DNA of 46,584 nucleotides from Gemmatimonadota bacterium. GTDB taxonomy: Bacteria > Latescibacterota > UBA2968 > UBA8231. The notes beneath the pieces were generated by a model. That model had not been told where the DNA came from. It saw nothing but the letters and a program-made list of their open reading frames with translations, and did no database searches. Location: contig JAYOYH010000014.1 of NCBI GenBank assembly GCA_038153405.1, forward strand, positions 55,680-102,263, read 5' to 3'. The position numbers and the translations under genes are program-made. Each line of letters starts with the position of its first letter. The first letter of the stretch is position 1. Of this stretch, positions 28,347-36,832 are shown piece by piece.

Positions 28347-29066
28347 TTATGCCGATGGTACCATTTGCCGCACGCCGTTGACGTACTTCACGTCGTATTC
28401 GCCCTGCGGCACGTCCATAGCGCGCAGCGCCACTTCCCCCATAGTCACCAACGGCTCGGACAATGCCAATAGTTCATCAAAGGACTCTTGCGGCGTCTTG
28501 CCCGTCGTATCCAGCGCAACCGTACGGTGGGCGTGCGTGAAGAGCGACTTTTCCACCTCTTCGTCAAAACGCTTTTTGATTTCACCAATATCACCTTCAC
28601 GCACTATGGGGTACTCATGCGGATTTTCGCGCATGCGCCGCGCGATCTCCTCGTCGCTGGCCGTGACGTGAAACATGACGATATCGGGCAGATGCGCTTC
28701 CAACACCTGCGCTTCGTAGAGGCGCTGAAATTGATAGGCATATCGCTTGTAGTAAGGGCTATCGGCATCGTCGCCGTAGAAACTCGTGTAAATGGCCTCT
28801 TCTATGTGCCAGCCAGCAATGAGCGGACAGGCGTACTTTTTTATGATGTCTACGTGGTAATGAATCTGCATGCGCTGCATGCGCTCTTTGATGTCCTCCG
28901 GCAGCCCCACCATAATTTCGCGCGATGGTGCGCTAAGCGTCGAATCGGGAATGGTAAAGTGGTCATCGCCGTGAATGCGCACGTTGCGCTGGCGATAGTA
29001 CTGGCCCAACAGGTCGATCAGGGTCGACTTACCTGCGTATTCGATACCGACGAAAATGCTGCGCAT
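28347..29066 (-). CDS. P-loop nucleotide-kinase-like protein of unknown function
   Basis: N-terminal GIEYAGKST Walker A, HVTASDEEIARR lid-like segment, LDTTGKT; GAGGAG RBS. Confidence 0.65.
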   Translation of the reverse strand: MRSIFVGIEYAGKSTLIDLLGQYYRQRNVRIHGDDHFTIPDSTLSAPSREIMVGLPEDIKERMQRMQIHYHVDIIKKYACPLIAGWHIEEAIYTSFYGDDADSPYYKRYAYQFQRLYEAQVLEAHLPDIVMFHVTASDEEIARRMRENPHEYPIVREGDIGEIKKRFDEEVEKSLFTHAHRTVALDTTGKTPQESFDELLALSEPLVTMGEVALRAMDVPQGEYDVKYVNGVRQMVPSA

Positions 29067-29177
29067 AGCGAACTCCTCTCCCTTATAAGAGACTGGTCTG
29101 TGCGTATTTATGCGGTATATTCAAAGCGATTTAACATAACCAGACCCCTTCACTCGATCAATTCGGAATCCACCCTG

Positions 29178-30200
29178 ATGACCAATGGCTCTTCTAAGGT
29201 CGGCGTACTCGTCGCCCAATTGGGCACGCCGACGGCGCCCACCGCCTCTGCGCTGCGCCCCTATTTGCGCGAGTTTCTCTCCGACCCGCGCGTAGTCGAC
29301 CTGCACCCGCTCAAGTGGTATCCCATCCTCTATGGCATCGTGCTGACATTTCGCCCCAAGCGTTCGGCCGCTCTCTACGCCAACATTTGGACGGAAGGCG
29401 GTTCGCCGTTAATGATCCACTCACAGGCGCAGACGCGCGGTCTGCAGGAGCGACTCGGCGATGCATACGATGTCGTGCTCGGCATGCGTTACGGCGAGCC
29501 CAGTATCGACGCGGCCGTGCGTCAGTTCGCTGAGCGCGGCGTTGAACGCATCCTCGTCTTTCCCATGTATCCGCAGTTTTCCTGTTCGACAACGGGGTCG
29601 ATTTACGATGCGGTCAACCGTGCGGCGATGGGCCGGCGCTGTCCCTGGTTTTTCGACCGCAAGCGCTCCATGCCAACGCTGCGCTTTGTGCCACCCTACT
29701 ACGATCACCCCGCTTATATCGAAGCGCTCGCCCAGCGCGTGCGGGAAAGCCGAGCGCAGCTCGACTGGCAGCCCGACTGCCAACTCATTACATTCCACGG
29801 CATTCCGCAGCGCTACATTGACGAGGGCGATCCCTACCGTAGCCACTGCGAAGAGACGGCGCGCCTGCTTGCGCAAACGCTCGAGTTAGAAGACGGCTAT
29901 TGGAAGGTTGGCTTTCAATCGCGCTTTGGCAAAGAGCCTTGGCTGGAACCCTATACCGACGAGATTCTCAAAGGTCTGGGAGATAAAGGCGTGAAAAAAG
30001 TGCTGGCGTGCTGTCCCGGCTTTACGTCCGATTGCCTAGAGACCATCGATGAAATAGGCCGCGAGGGCCGCGAGGAGTTTGCCCACGGCGGCGGCGAAGA
30101 TTTCCACCTATCGCCCTGTCTAAACGACCATCCTTCATGGTTAGACGCCATGGCGCACATTGCGCGCGAAGAAACGGCCGGATGGGTGAAAACACCTTGA
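29178..30200 (+). CDS. hemH: Ferrochelatase
   Basis: QLGTP, FLSDPRVV, GSPL, MRYGEP, PMYPQFS, FHGIP, FQSRFG..WLEPYT, FTSDCLETIDEI, CLND. Confidence 0.95.
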   Translation: MTNGSSKVGVLVAQLGTPTAPTASALRPYLREFLSDPRVVDLHPLKWYPILYGIVLTFRPKRSAALYANIWTEGGSPLMIHSQAQTRGLQERLGDAYDVVLGMRYGEPSIDAAVRQFAERGVERILVFPMYPQFSCSTTGSIYDAVNRAAMGRRCPWFFDRKRSMPTLRFVPPYYDHPAYIEALAQRVRESRAQLDWQPDCQLITFHGIPQRYIDEGDPYRSHCEETARLLAQTLELEDGYWKVGFQSRFGKEPWLEPYTDEILKGLGDKGVKKVLACCPGFTSDCLETIDEIGREGREEFAHGGGEDFHLSPCLNDHPSWLDAMAHIAREETAGWVKTP

Positions 30201-30275
30201 CATGCCCCGCCATTTTTTTGCATACTTGCAGCGCTTTTCGCCTTACTTCCCCCTCTAACCTGCGCTATATGGCCC

Positions 30276-31388
30276 ATGGGTGAACTGCCGGACAATCTCG
30301 AGAGAAAGCTGATGCGCCTCGGCAGCGCCCTCATTGATATTCAACGCGCCCATCCCATTATACATCCCACACAAGATCTCGATGGCTTCTGGTTTGGCGG
30401 CGGCAACGCGGTGCGCGATCCGCACGACGGCAGCCTCCTGCTGATCGGCCGCTATCGCGATGCCGGCGACAGCCGCACGGGCCTGAGCCAGGGCACGCGC
30501 GGACGCGAACTGGCGATCTTTCGCTCGCTCGACGACGGACGCAGCTTTGAAAAAATACACGCTTGGGATAAATCCGACCTCTACTGCGGATCGGCGGTCC
30601 TGAGCATCGAAGGCAGCGCCCTGCGCGTCACCAAGCGCAGAGTAGAAGTGTTGGTTTCCACAGAAAAAGTCCGCACCTATCCGCGCCAGCTGCGCGACTT
30701 TCAAAAGCCCGGAACGGGTATCTGGAGCATTGATCGCTTCAGCGCCACCCGAGTGGAAAAACTCGCGCCACAGGAGCGCATCGCTCCTCTAGTGATCAGC
30801 AGCGACCCGGCCTATCTCCACGTCAAAGATCCCAGCGTTTCAAGCGGTTTCCAAAACGGGCGCGCGCTGCTGCTGTACTGCGCCCATCCCTACACCTGGT
30901 CGTCGAGCACCTCGGGCTGCGCCACCTGGAATGGAGAGGCGCTCGACGCGCCCAATCCTGACTTTTTTCCGCGCGGCTCTACTTGGGATGTAGCCGCCAC
31001 GCGTATAACCTGCCGCCTACCCGTGCCGCGCATCGGTGCCTTTGCCAGTCTCCCCGCGCTATCGCTCTACTTTTACGACGGCGCCGAGTGTCTGCGCCCG
31101 CTCGACGCGCATACGAAAGGCGTATCCAGAGCGCGCGGGTACTCCTGCGAAGAGCTAGGCGGTCTGGCCTACGGCTTTGACCGCGACTTTCCGCGCCTGC
31201 ATCGCCTGAGCCGCTTGGCACCGCTCTTCGTATCGCCTCAGGGCACCGGAGCCAATCGCTATGTATCCGTCCTAGCCGAGGACAACGGAGAGCTTTTCGC
31301 CACCTGGGAGCGCTCCTCAGCAACGCGCGCTCAGCCGTTAGTCGCCCATCGCCTCAGCGCAGCGCGCGTCGGCAAGCTGCTTGCTTGA
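30276..31388 (+). CDS. Hypothetical beta-propeller glycosidase/sialidase-like protein
   Basis: 370-aa ORF; Asp-box-like SLDDGRSFE, and KDP and SIE motifs seen in propeller glycosidases. Confidence 0.55.
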   Translation: MGELPDNLERKLMRLGSALIDIQRAHPIIHPTQDLDGFWFGGGNAVRDPHDGSLLLIGRYRDAGDSRTGLSQGTRGRELAIFRSLDDGRSFEKIHAWDKSDLYCGSAVLSIEGSALRVTKRRVEVLVSTEKVRTYPRQLRDFQKPGTGIWSIDRFSATRVEKLAPQERIAPLVISSDPAYLHVKDPSVSSGFQNGRALLLYCAHPYTWSSSTSGCATWNGEALDAPNPDFFPRGSTWDVAATRITCRLPVPRIGAFASLPALSLYFYDGAECLRPLDAHTKGVSRARGYSCEELGGLAYGFDRDFPRLHRLSRLAPLFVSPQGTGANRYVSVLAEDNGELFATWERSSATRAQPLVAHRLSAARVGKLLA

Positions 31389-31588
31389 TACCGGAACAAA
31401 ACCTGGCTCACATTCAATAGTGCCGCGTCTTTGGTCGAAAATTAGCGGCCATTGCCCACTGCTATACTCCCGCGCAATACAAAAAAAATTGGGCTCCCCA
31501 TTAAAGTCCAATGTTCCTATATTTGTACGTAAATACGACGCGCTACTGTATTTGCGCGTGATTTTATTTCACAATACGGAGGGATACA

Positions 31589-32062
31589 ATGAGGAAAGTG
31601 CTTTGCACTGCTATTGCGTTAGCAGCTTTGGTCTGTGCACAACCCAGTGAAGCCGGCATCGGCATCTCGCCGCGCTTGGCCCTGCCATTGGGCGACTTTG
31701 GCGATACGGTAGGCATGGGCTTTGGCGCCAGCGTGGTCACGGATGGCGTCATGGACAAACCGGTTCGCGCCGGTCTCAGCTTTCTCATGTTTGGCGAAGG
31801 CGACTTTGCCTCATCAACGGCAATGGGGTTGTTTGCTGGATATGAGCGTCAGATAGGTGCAGTGGACGTCAAATTTGACGTAAACCTGATGCGTATCACC
31901 ACGGAAATTGAGGTTTTCGGAATTTCCGTTGATGATACGGAAACGAAGATCAAGCTCACCCCAGGCGTTGGCTATACGATGGGCAAGCTAGCTGCCGAGA
32001 TCGACTACGACATCGCCGGCGACTGGGCCGGAGTTAATTTGTACTACATGCTGGGCGAGTAA
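31589..32062 (+). CDS. Small outer-membrane beta-barrel protein
   Basis: GGAGG RBS, signal peptide (..QPSEA), ALPLGDFGD..GMGFG, alternating hydrophobic strands, TPGVGY, terminal GVNLYY strand. Confidence 0.72.
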   Translation: MRKVLCTAIALAALVCAQPSEAGIGISPRLALPLGDFGDTVGMGFGASVVTDGVMDKPVRAGLSFLMFGEGDFASSTAMGLFAGYERQIGAVDVKFDVNLMRITTEIEVFGISVDDTETKIKLTPGVGYTMGKLAAEIDYDIAGDWAGVNLYYMLGE

Positions 32063-32117
32063 ACCGCCGTGGGCTGGATGACTCAGCTCATGTAGCGGCT
32101 CCATTCGTTTTGAACTC

Positions 32118-32157
32118 GACAAAGGCGGCGGCAGAGACAACTGCCGCCGCTTTTGTC
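32118..32157. terminator. Likely bidirectional intrinsic terminator
   Basis: GCGGCGGCAG-AGACAA-CTGCCGCCGC perfect 10-bp stem flanked by AAAG and TTTTG, between convergent genes. Confidence 0.85.
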
Positions 32158-32176
32158 CGCTATACCAAGCAACAGG

Positions 32177-32821
32177 CTACGCCGACGCCAAGCGCCCCGA
32201 GAGCCACTGTCGCCAATCAGCCAGACATTCGGCATCTATCGCGTGCCCCATATCGTATTCCAAATAGGACAGATCGACCGGCAGTGCCAGCAGTAGATCG
32301 CGCGCTGCACGTGCCTGTGTGATAGGTATTACTTCGTCCTGACGACCGTGCGCCATAAAAATGGGCAGCCCGCGCACGCCGTCGGGCTCTGCCGGCAGCA
32401 TCTCCTCGCTACACGCGCCGCTCAGCGCCGCCACGCCGACAAATTCGCTGGGCTGGCGCAGCGCCAGCGTTAGTGCCATAATCGCCCCCTGGCTAAAGCC
32501 AGCCAGAGCGATTTGTTCCGGTTGATGCTGGCGACGCAGCTCGGCCACGAAATCCGCAATGCGCTGCACGGCAACCCACGCCTGCTCGTAGTCAAAGCGT
32601 ATGCCCTCTTCGCTCCACTCTATCTCAAACCACGCATACCCGCCAAAGGGCAGCACGTGTGGGGCGCGCGCGCTAATGCACACTAAGCGCGGGTCTAAAT
32701 AGGGCGCCAAGCCGAGCAAATCCTCCTCATTGCTTCCGTAGCCGTGCAGCAGCACGAGCACGGGAGCACCGGATGCGCTGGCTTCGGGGCCTCGGTGTAA
32801 AACGCTATACAGAGAATCCAT
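32177..32821 (-). CDS. Phospholipase/carboxylesterase (alpha/beta hydrolase)
   Basis: LLHGYGS, GFSQG nucleophile elbow, HGRQDEVIP, MGH triad His. Confidence 0.9.
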   Translation of the reverse strand: MDSLYSVLHRGPEASASGAPVLVLLHGYGSNEEDLLGLAPYLDPRLVCISARAPHVLPFGGYAWFEIEWSEEGIRFDYEQAWVAVQRIADFVAELRRQHQPEQIALAGFSQGAIMALTLALRQPSEFVGVAALSGACSEEMLPAEPDGVRGLPIFMAHGRQDEVIPITQARAARDLLLALPVDLSYLEYDMGHAIDAECLADWRQWLSGRLASA

Positions 32822-32836
32822 TCGAATACGATCCTC

Positions 32837-35008
32837 TCAGGCTGAGAGTTCGGCGTGGTAGCGCCCCGCCTTGTGAACGACCAAAACCACGTAGTCCTCT
32901 TCGCTAATCACATCGTGCACATAAAAGTTGGGATAGATTTTCTCGTTGCGCCACACGGTTTCACCATTGAGCGAAATCGTTGGAAAGCGCTTGTCCAAGC
33001 GCGGTACAGCCAAGTGCAGTTCGCCCCGTGTGGACTGTTCTACGCTCAGCGAAAAATAGCCCGAACCGTTGAGCGACCACTCCACAGCCAACGCATCTGC
33101 ACCGACGTATACGGTGCCGCTAACCCGCTGCATTGGCTCAACCTGCGGACGCACCGCTACGGCGCGATCTGCCGCGCGCAGCCACTGCACGCCCAGCGCG
33201 TGCTGGGCCAACAGCGCGTCCACTCCCGGCACAATATCCAACGTCGCCGCGCGATCGCGCCACGATCCACCCGGGCGCAACAGCAGGCGCCCCCAGTGCC
33301 GGTCTATGCAGGCGCGCGCGCTTGCCCCCAGACCGTGCTGCCACAGCCCTCCCACGAGAAAAAACGCCTGCCACGCATCGGCCAGCGGCACGTCGGCCGC
33401 CGCCGACAGGCTCGATGCAGCGCGCACCTGTTCAGCGCTGAGCAAGTTGAAGTACAGCGCCAGCGCTAGGGCCCACTGACTCGAATGGCTGCCAGCATGT
33501 GCGTCCTGCAACAATCCGCGTTCGGCCACCCAGCGGGAAGTGAGCGCAGTGCGCCACGCCTGCGTTAGCGCCTGGCAGCGCTCGACGCGCGCCGCTTCGC
33601 CCCATTCTGCATACAGCGCGCCCAGCTGGTCATACGCGCCGGCATATAGCGCACAGGTTGCCGTATCGGTTTCATCCGGACGCAAGCCGCCCAGCGCTTC
33701 CTCGGCCTCCGGCAGCAGACTCTGAGCGAGCGCTGCGTCACCGGCAAAGCAATAGTGCGCAGCGATGCATAGGGCAAAAAAAGCGCGGTCTGCCGCCGAG
33801 TCAGGTGCAACGGCGCTCTGCAGTGCTGCCCCCAGCGTTTGCACATTGGCCGTGCGATAGAAATCGTTTAATCCCAGCACGTAGTGATGCAGCCAGGAGC
33901 CGCGTCCACCGCCGACCTCACCTAGGTACACCTGACGGCGTGCCTCTACCAGCGACGGCAGGCCAATGCGCCACAGCTCATATAGTTCGTTTAGTTCGTT
34001 TAGCTCATTTGCCGTAAATACGCTCTCGCTCACCGTGTCGAAATGCTGTTCCATAATCGACACACTGTCGATTTCCATTTCTTCGGTGCAGGCACTCACC
34101 CGCACCAGCACGTAGCGACAGGCCACGGCCTCCGGCGCAATCCAATCGCTTTTGCCCGCGGCGCACACATAGCGCATCGCTCCCTGCACGGCACCGCGCG
34201 CGCGCGCAAAGGCCAGATCGACAACGGCTCCGTCTATGCCGCGCAGACGCAAGCGCAGATGGCCGTAGACGACGCGGCCAAAGTCCAACAGCACATACGC
34301 AGCCCGCTCTGCACTGCGCGTCTGCACGAGCGCCTGCGTCTTCCCCACAGCCAATAGAGCCTCGCGGTGCACGAACTTTACGTTGCGCATCGCATCGGGA
34401 AACTCGATAAAAGAAAGCTCTGCATCGGCGGCCACTTCACCCCATGCGGCGACTTGGCGCGCCGCGACTTCGCGCTCTTGAGCCACCAGCGGATTCCACG
34501 TGCGCGGAATCGCCCCCTCCACCACCGCAGCGCCCTGCCAGTTTTCCTCGCCGATATGGCCGCTAGCCCATCCCCTTTTGGCCCGCGCGGCGATATACGC
34601 ACACACCGCACCGCGCTGCCAGGCGTCATCGCACCCGACTTGCCAGGGCGTGCCCGTGTGAAATTCGCGCCGTTTTCCATCGCGGCCGACGGCACTGCAC
34701 TCGGCGCGCAGCCAATCGCCCACCCCCGTTCCCAGCACCGCAATCAAGACGGTGTTTTCCCCTACGGCGAGCCACGAGCCGATATCAACCCGTTCCCAAA
34801 CCGCGCCGCGCGCCAGAGCGCCACCCGAACCGCGCCCGGCGAGCTCGCCGTTGACGTAAACGGCAAATGCTCCGCTGGCCGCAGCCATCACGTGCCCCTC
34901 ACTCGACTCGGCAGACAGCGTCAAACGCTGGCGAAAAAGCATGAGCGGCGACGACGGCTGTGCGTGGGGATGCCAGATGGCCTGAGATTTTACAGAGGTA
35001 TTTTGCAT
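32837..35008 (-). CDS. Alpha-L-rhamnosidase (GH78)-like multidomain protein, probably catalytically degenerate
   Basis: FRQRL..VYVNGELAG..L..GENTVLI N-domain, LLDFGRVVYG, SQWALALAL helical barrel, V.G.V....V.W C-domain; start at ATG 35008. Confidence 0.6.
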   Translation of the reverse strand: MQNTSVKSQAIWHPHAQPSSPLMLFRQRLTLSAESSEGHVMAAASGAFAVYVNGELAGRGSGGALARGAVWERVDIGSWLAVGENTVLIAVLGTGVGDWLRAECSAVGRDGKRREFHTGTPWQVGCDDAWQRGAVCAYIAARAKRGWASGHIGEENWQGAAVVEGAIPRTWNPLVAQEREVAARQVAAWGEVAADAELSFIEFPDAMRNVKFVHREALLAVGKTQALVQTRSAERAAYVLLDFGRVVYGHLRLRLRGIDGAVVDLAFARARGAVQGAMRYVCAAGKSDWIAPEAVACRYVLVRVSACTEEMEIDSVSIMEQHFDTVSESVFTANELNELNELYELWRIGLPSLVEARRQVYLGEVGGGRGSWLHHYVLGLNDFYRTANVQTLGAALQSAVAPDSAADRAFFALCIAAHYCFAGDAALAQSLLPEAEEALGGLRPDETDTATCALYAGAYDQLGALYAEWGEAARVERCQALTQAWRTALTSRWVAERGLLQDAHAGSHSSQWALALALYFNLLSAEQVRAASSLSAAADVPLADAWQAFFLVGGLWQHGLGASARACIDRHWGRLLLRPGGSWRDRAATLDIVPGVDALLAQHALGVQWLRAADRAVAVRPQVEPMQRVSGTVYVGADALAVEWSLNGSGYFSLSVEQSTRGELHLAVPRLDKRFPTISLNGETVWRNEKIYPNFYVHDVISEEDYVVLVVHKAGRYHAELSA
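33974..34009. repeat. In-frame 9-bp tandem repeat (NEL-NEL-NEL-YEL)
   Basis: CAGCTCATA TAGTTCGTT TAGTTCGTT TAGCTCATT on the plus strand. Confidence 0.7.
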
Positions 35009-35066
35009 GGTACCATTGATATACGAAAGCGCACTCTTCGCGCTAAAGTCGCACAAAGCAGACCAA

Positions 35067-35085
35067 TGGCAGCAATTTGCTGCCA
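35067..35085. promoter_or_regulatory. Perfect 9-1-9 palindrome in divergent promoter (candidate operator)
   Basis: TGGCAGCAA-T-TTGCTGCCA, 3 bp upstream of a TATATT -10-like hexamer. Confidence 0.6.
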
Positions 35086-35101
35086 CATTATATTAGCGCG
35101 T

Positions 35102-36799
35102 ATGCTTCCCCTGAACCCATCACACCTCTCGCAGCCCGCGCGCGTTCTGTTGTTGACAGCGCTTGCTATCTCGACCTATGCCGGCACGCTGGGCAACGAC
35201 TTCGCCTTTGACGATACGTCCGTAGTGCGCGACAACGCGCTGCTGCTACACGGCGACTGGTCAGCGCTATTAACCAGCGATTATTGGGCAGGATATCACG
35301 GCGACCGATCCGGCCTCTACCGACCGCTCACCATGCTGAGCTACGCATTACAGCTGAGCGTTTCGGGCACCAACCCCCTCCCATTTCACCTCCTCAACAT
35401 CCTGCTGCACGCCGCTTGTACGCTAGGACTATACTGCCTGATATGGCGCCTTTGCGCACGCGACACGGCCCTGTGGAGCGCCGCGCTCTTCGCCGTACAT
35501 CCGGCCTGCAGCGAAAGCGTCTGCGCCATAGTCGGCCGTGCCGATCTGCTGGCCGCAGCCTTCGGCCTGCTGGCAGCTCTGTTTCATCTGAAGGCAACGC
35601 CGCGCTACGCCTTGGCCGCAGCCGGCACAGTACTGCTGGCTTTGCTCTGTAAGGAAAGTGCCCTGGCCCTCTTTGCACTACTCCCGCTTATCGATCTATT
35701 TCAATATCGCCTATTTTCGCGAAAATGCTATAGTCTCTCCTACCTACTATACGCTGGTGTAGCAGGCCTCTACCTGGCCTGGCGATACGATGTGCTCGGC
35801 ACGCTTACGCTGGGCGAAATCGATCCGTTTGACAATCCGCTCGTCGGCGCAGAACCCGCCATGCGCATCTACGACGCTGCGGCTATTGCCTTGCGCTACC
35901 TCGGCCTGCTCGTGCTACCGGCGCACCTTTCGGCCGACTACTCCTATGCCGCACTGACACCGAGTGCAGGACTTGCAATAGGTCCCCTCGCCGGGATAGC
36001 CCTCGGTCTGAGCGCGCTCATTGTCTTGCTCTACACCGCATATCGCCGCGGCGATATGCTCTTTTTGGGGCTCGGTTGGTTTTGCATAGCATTCGCACCG
36101 GTATCCAACATATTAATCCCCATCGGCACTGTCATGGGCGAACGCCTACTCTACCTGCCGGCAATGGGTTTTTGCATCGCTTTGGCTACCCAGCTACAGA
36201 CCGTGCGCCGCTACGCACCGCAGGTCGCCCTATTGCTGATCGCACTCTTTGCCGCACGCAGCGCAGCGCGCACCGCCGACTGGCACGACAACTACACCCT
36301 CTTTCAAGCGACCACGCGTGCGCAGCCGCAGAGCGCGCGTGCATGGCGTGGCTTGGGCAATGCCGCAATGGAAAGGCAGCAAATAGAGTTGGCCTTGACC
36401 TGCCTAGGGCGTGCTCTACACATCTACCCCGACTACTACGAGGTCCACGTAGACCTAGCCCATCACTACTTAGACGTCGGACAGCCGGACGTAGCGCGCC
36501 GACATCTGGCCACCAGCCTGCAGCAGCGCCCCGACTATCCCCTCGCCTGGTTTGCGCTCGGTCTGACGCTCTACGCCCTAGACGCCAAGAGCGAAGCAGA
36601 ACGCGCATTTGAACAGGCGCTACTGCTGGATCCCAGCTACGCCGATGCAGCCTATAACCTCGGCGTGATTCAGCTCGACAACCGCCGCTTCATACGGGCA
36701 CAGGTCCACTTTCAGCAGGCCTTGCAACTAGACCCCAAACACGAGCGAGCGCGATCCAACCTCGAAGCGGCAAAAAAAATGAGCGCTCCCAATCCCTAG
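35102..36799 (+). CDS. TMTC-like (DUF1736/GT-C) membrane glycosyltransferase with C-terminal TPR repeats
   Basis: NDFAFDD acidic loop, LYRPLT, HLLNILLHA, FAVHP..SESV..IVGRADLL, CKES, LSADYS, ERLLYLP, W.DN.TLF, then TPR repeats. Confidence 0.85.
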   Translation: MLPLNPSHLSQPARVLLLTALAISTYAGTLGNDFAFDDTSVVRDNALLLHGDWSALLTSDYWAGYHGDRSGLYRPLTMLSYALQLSVSGTNPLPFHLLNILLHAACTLGLYCLIWRLCARDTALWSAALFAVHPACSESVCAIVGRADLLAAAFGLLAALFHLKATPRYALAAAGTVLLALLCKESALALFALLPLIDLFQYRLFSRKCYSLSYLLYAGVAGLYLAWRYDVLGTLTLGEIDPFDNPLVGAEPAMRIYDAAAIALRYLGLLVLPAHLSADYSYAALTPSAGLAIGPLAGIALGLSALIVLLYTAYRRGDMLFLGLGWFCIAFAPVSNILIPIGTVMGERLLYLPAMGFCIALATQLQTVRRYAPQVALLLIALFAARSAARTADWHDNYTLFQATTRAQPQSARAWRGLGNAAMERQQIELALTCLGRALHIYPDYYEVHVDLAHHYLDVGQPDVARRHLATSLQQRPDYPLAWFALGLTLYALDAKSEAERAFEQALLLDPSYADAAYNLGVIQLDNRRFIRAQVHFQQALQLDPKHERARSNLEAAKKMSAPNP

Positions 36800-36810
36800 G
36801 GAGCGCTCAT
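36772..36810 (-). terminator. Intrinsic terminator of degP, overlapping the 3' end of the convergent TMTC-like gene
   Basis: ATGAGCGCTCCC-8 nt-GGGAGCGCTCAT perfect 12-bp stem followed by a T tract on the minus strand. Confidence 0.88.
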
Positions 36811-36832
36811 CGCGTACTGTGGTATGTGTCAG

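Noticed and set aside
28488..29177. 230-aa N-terminal extension of hemH
   Set aside because: Antisense to the P-loop gene; ferrochelatase motifs start at ATG 29178
31557..31574. CRP or Rex binding site
   Set aside because: GTGA and TCAC are separated by 7 nt rather than 6
35067..35080. Sigma-54 promoter TGGCAGCAATTTGC
   Set aside because: GG to GC spacing is 9 nt, not the obligatory 10; better explained as a palindrome
34367..35101. 245-aa N-terminal extension of the TMTC-like ORF
   Set aside because: Overlaps the GH78-like gene on the opposite strand; family similarity begins only after ATG 35102
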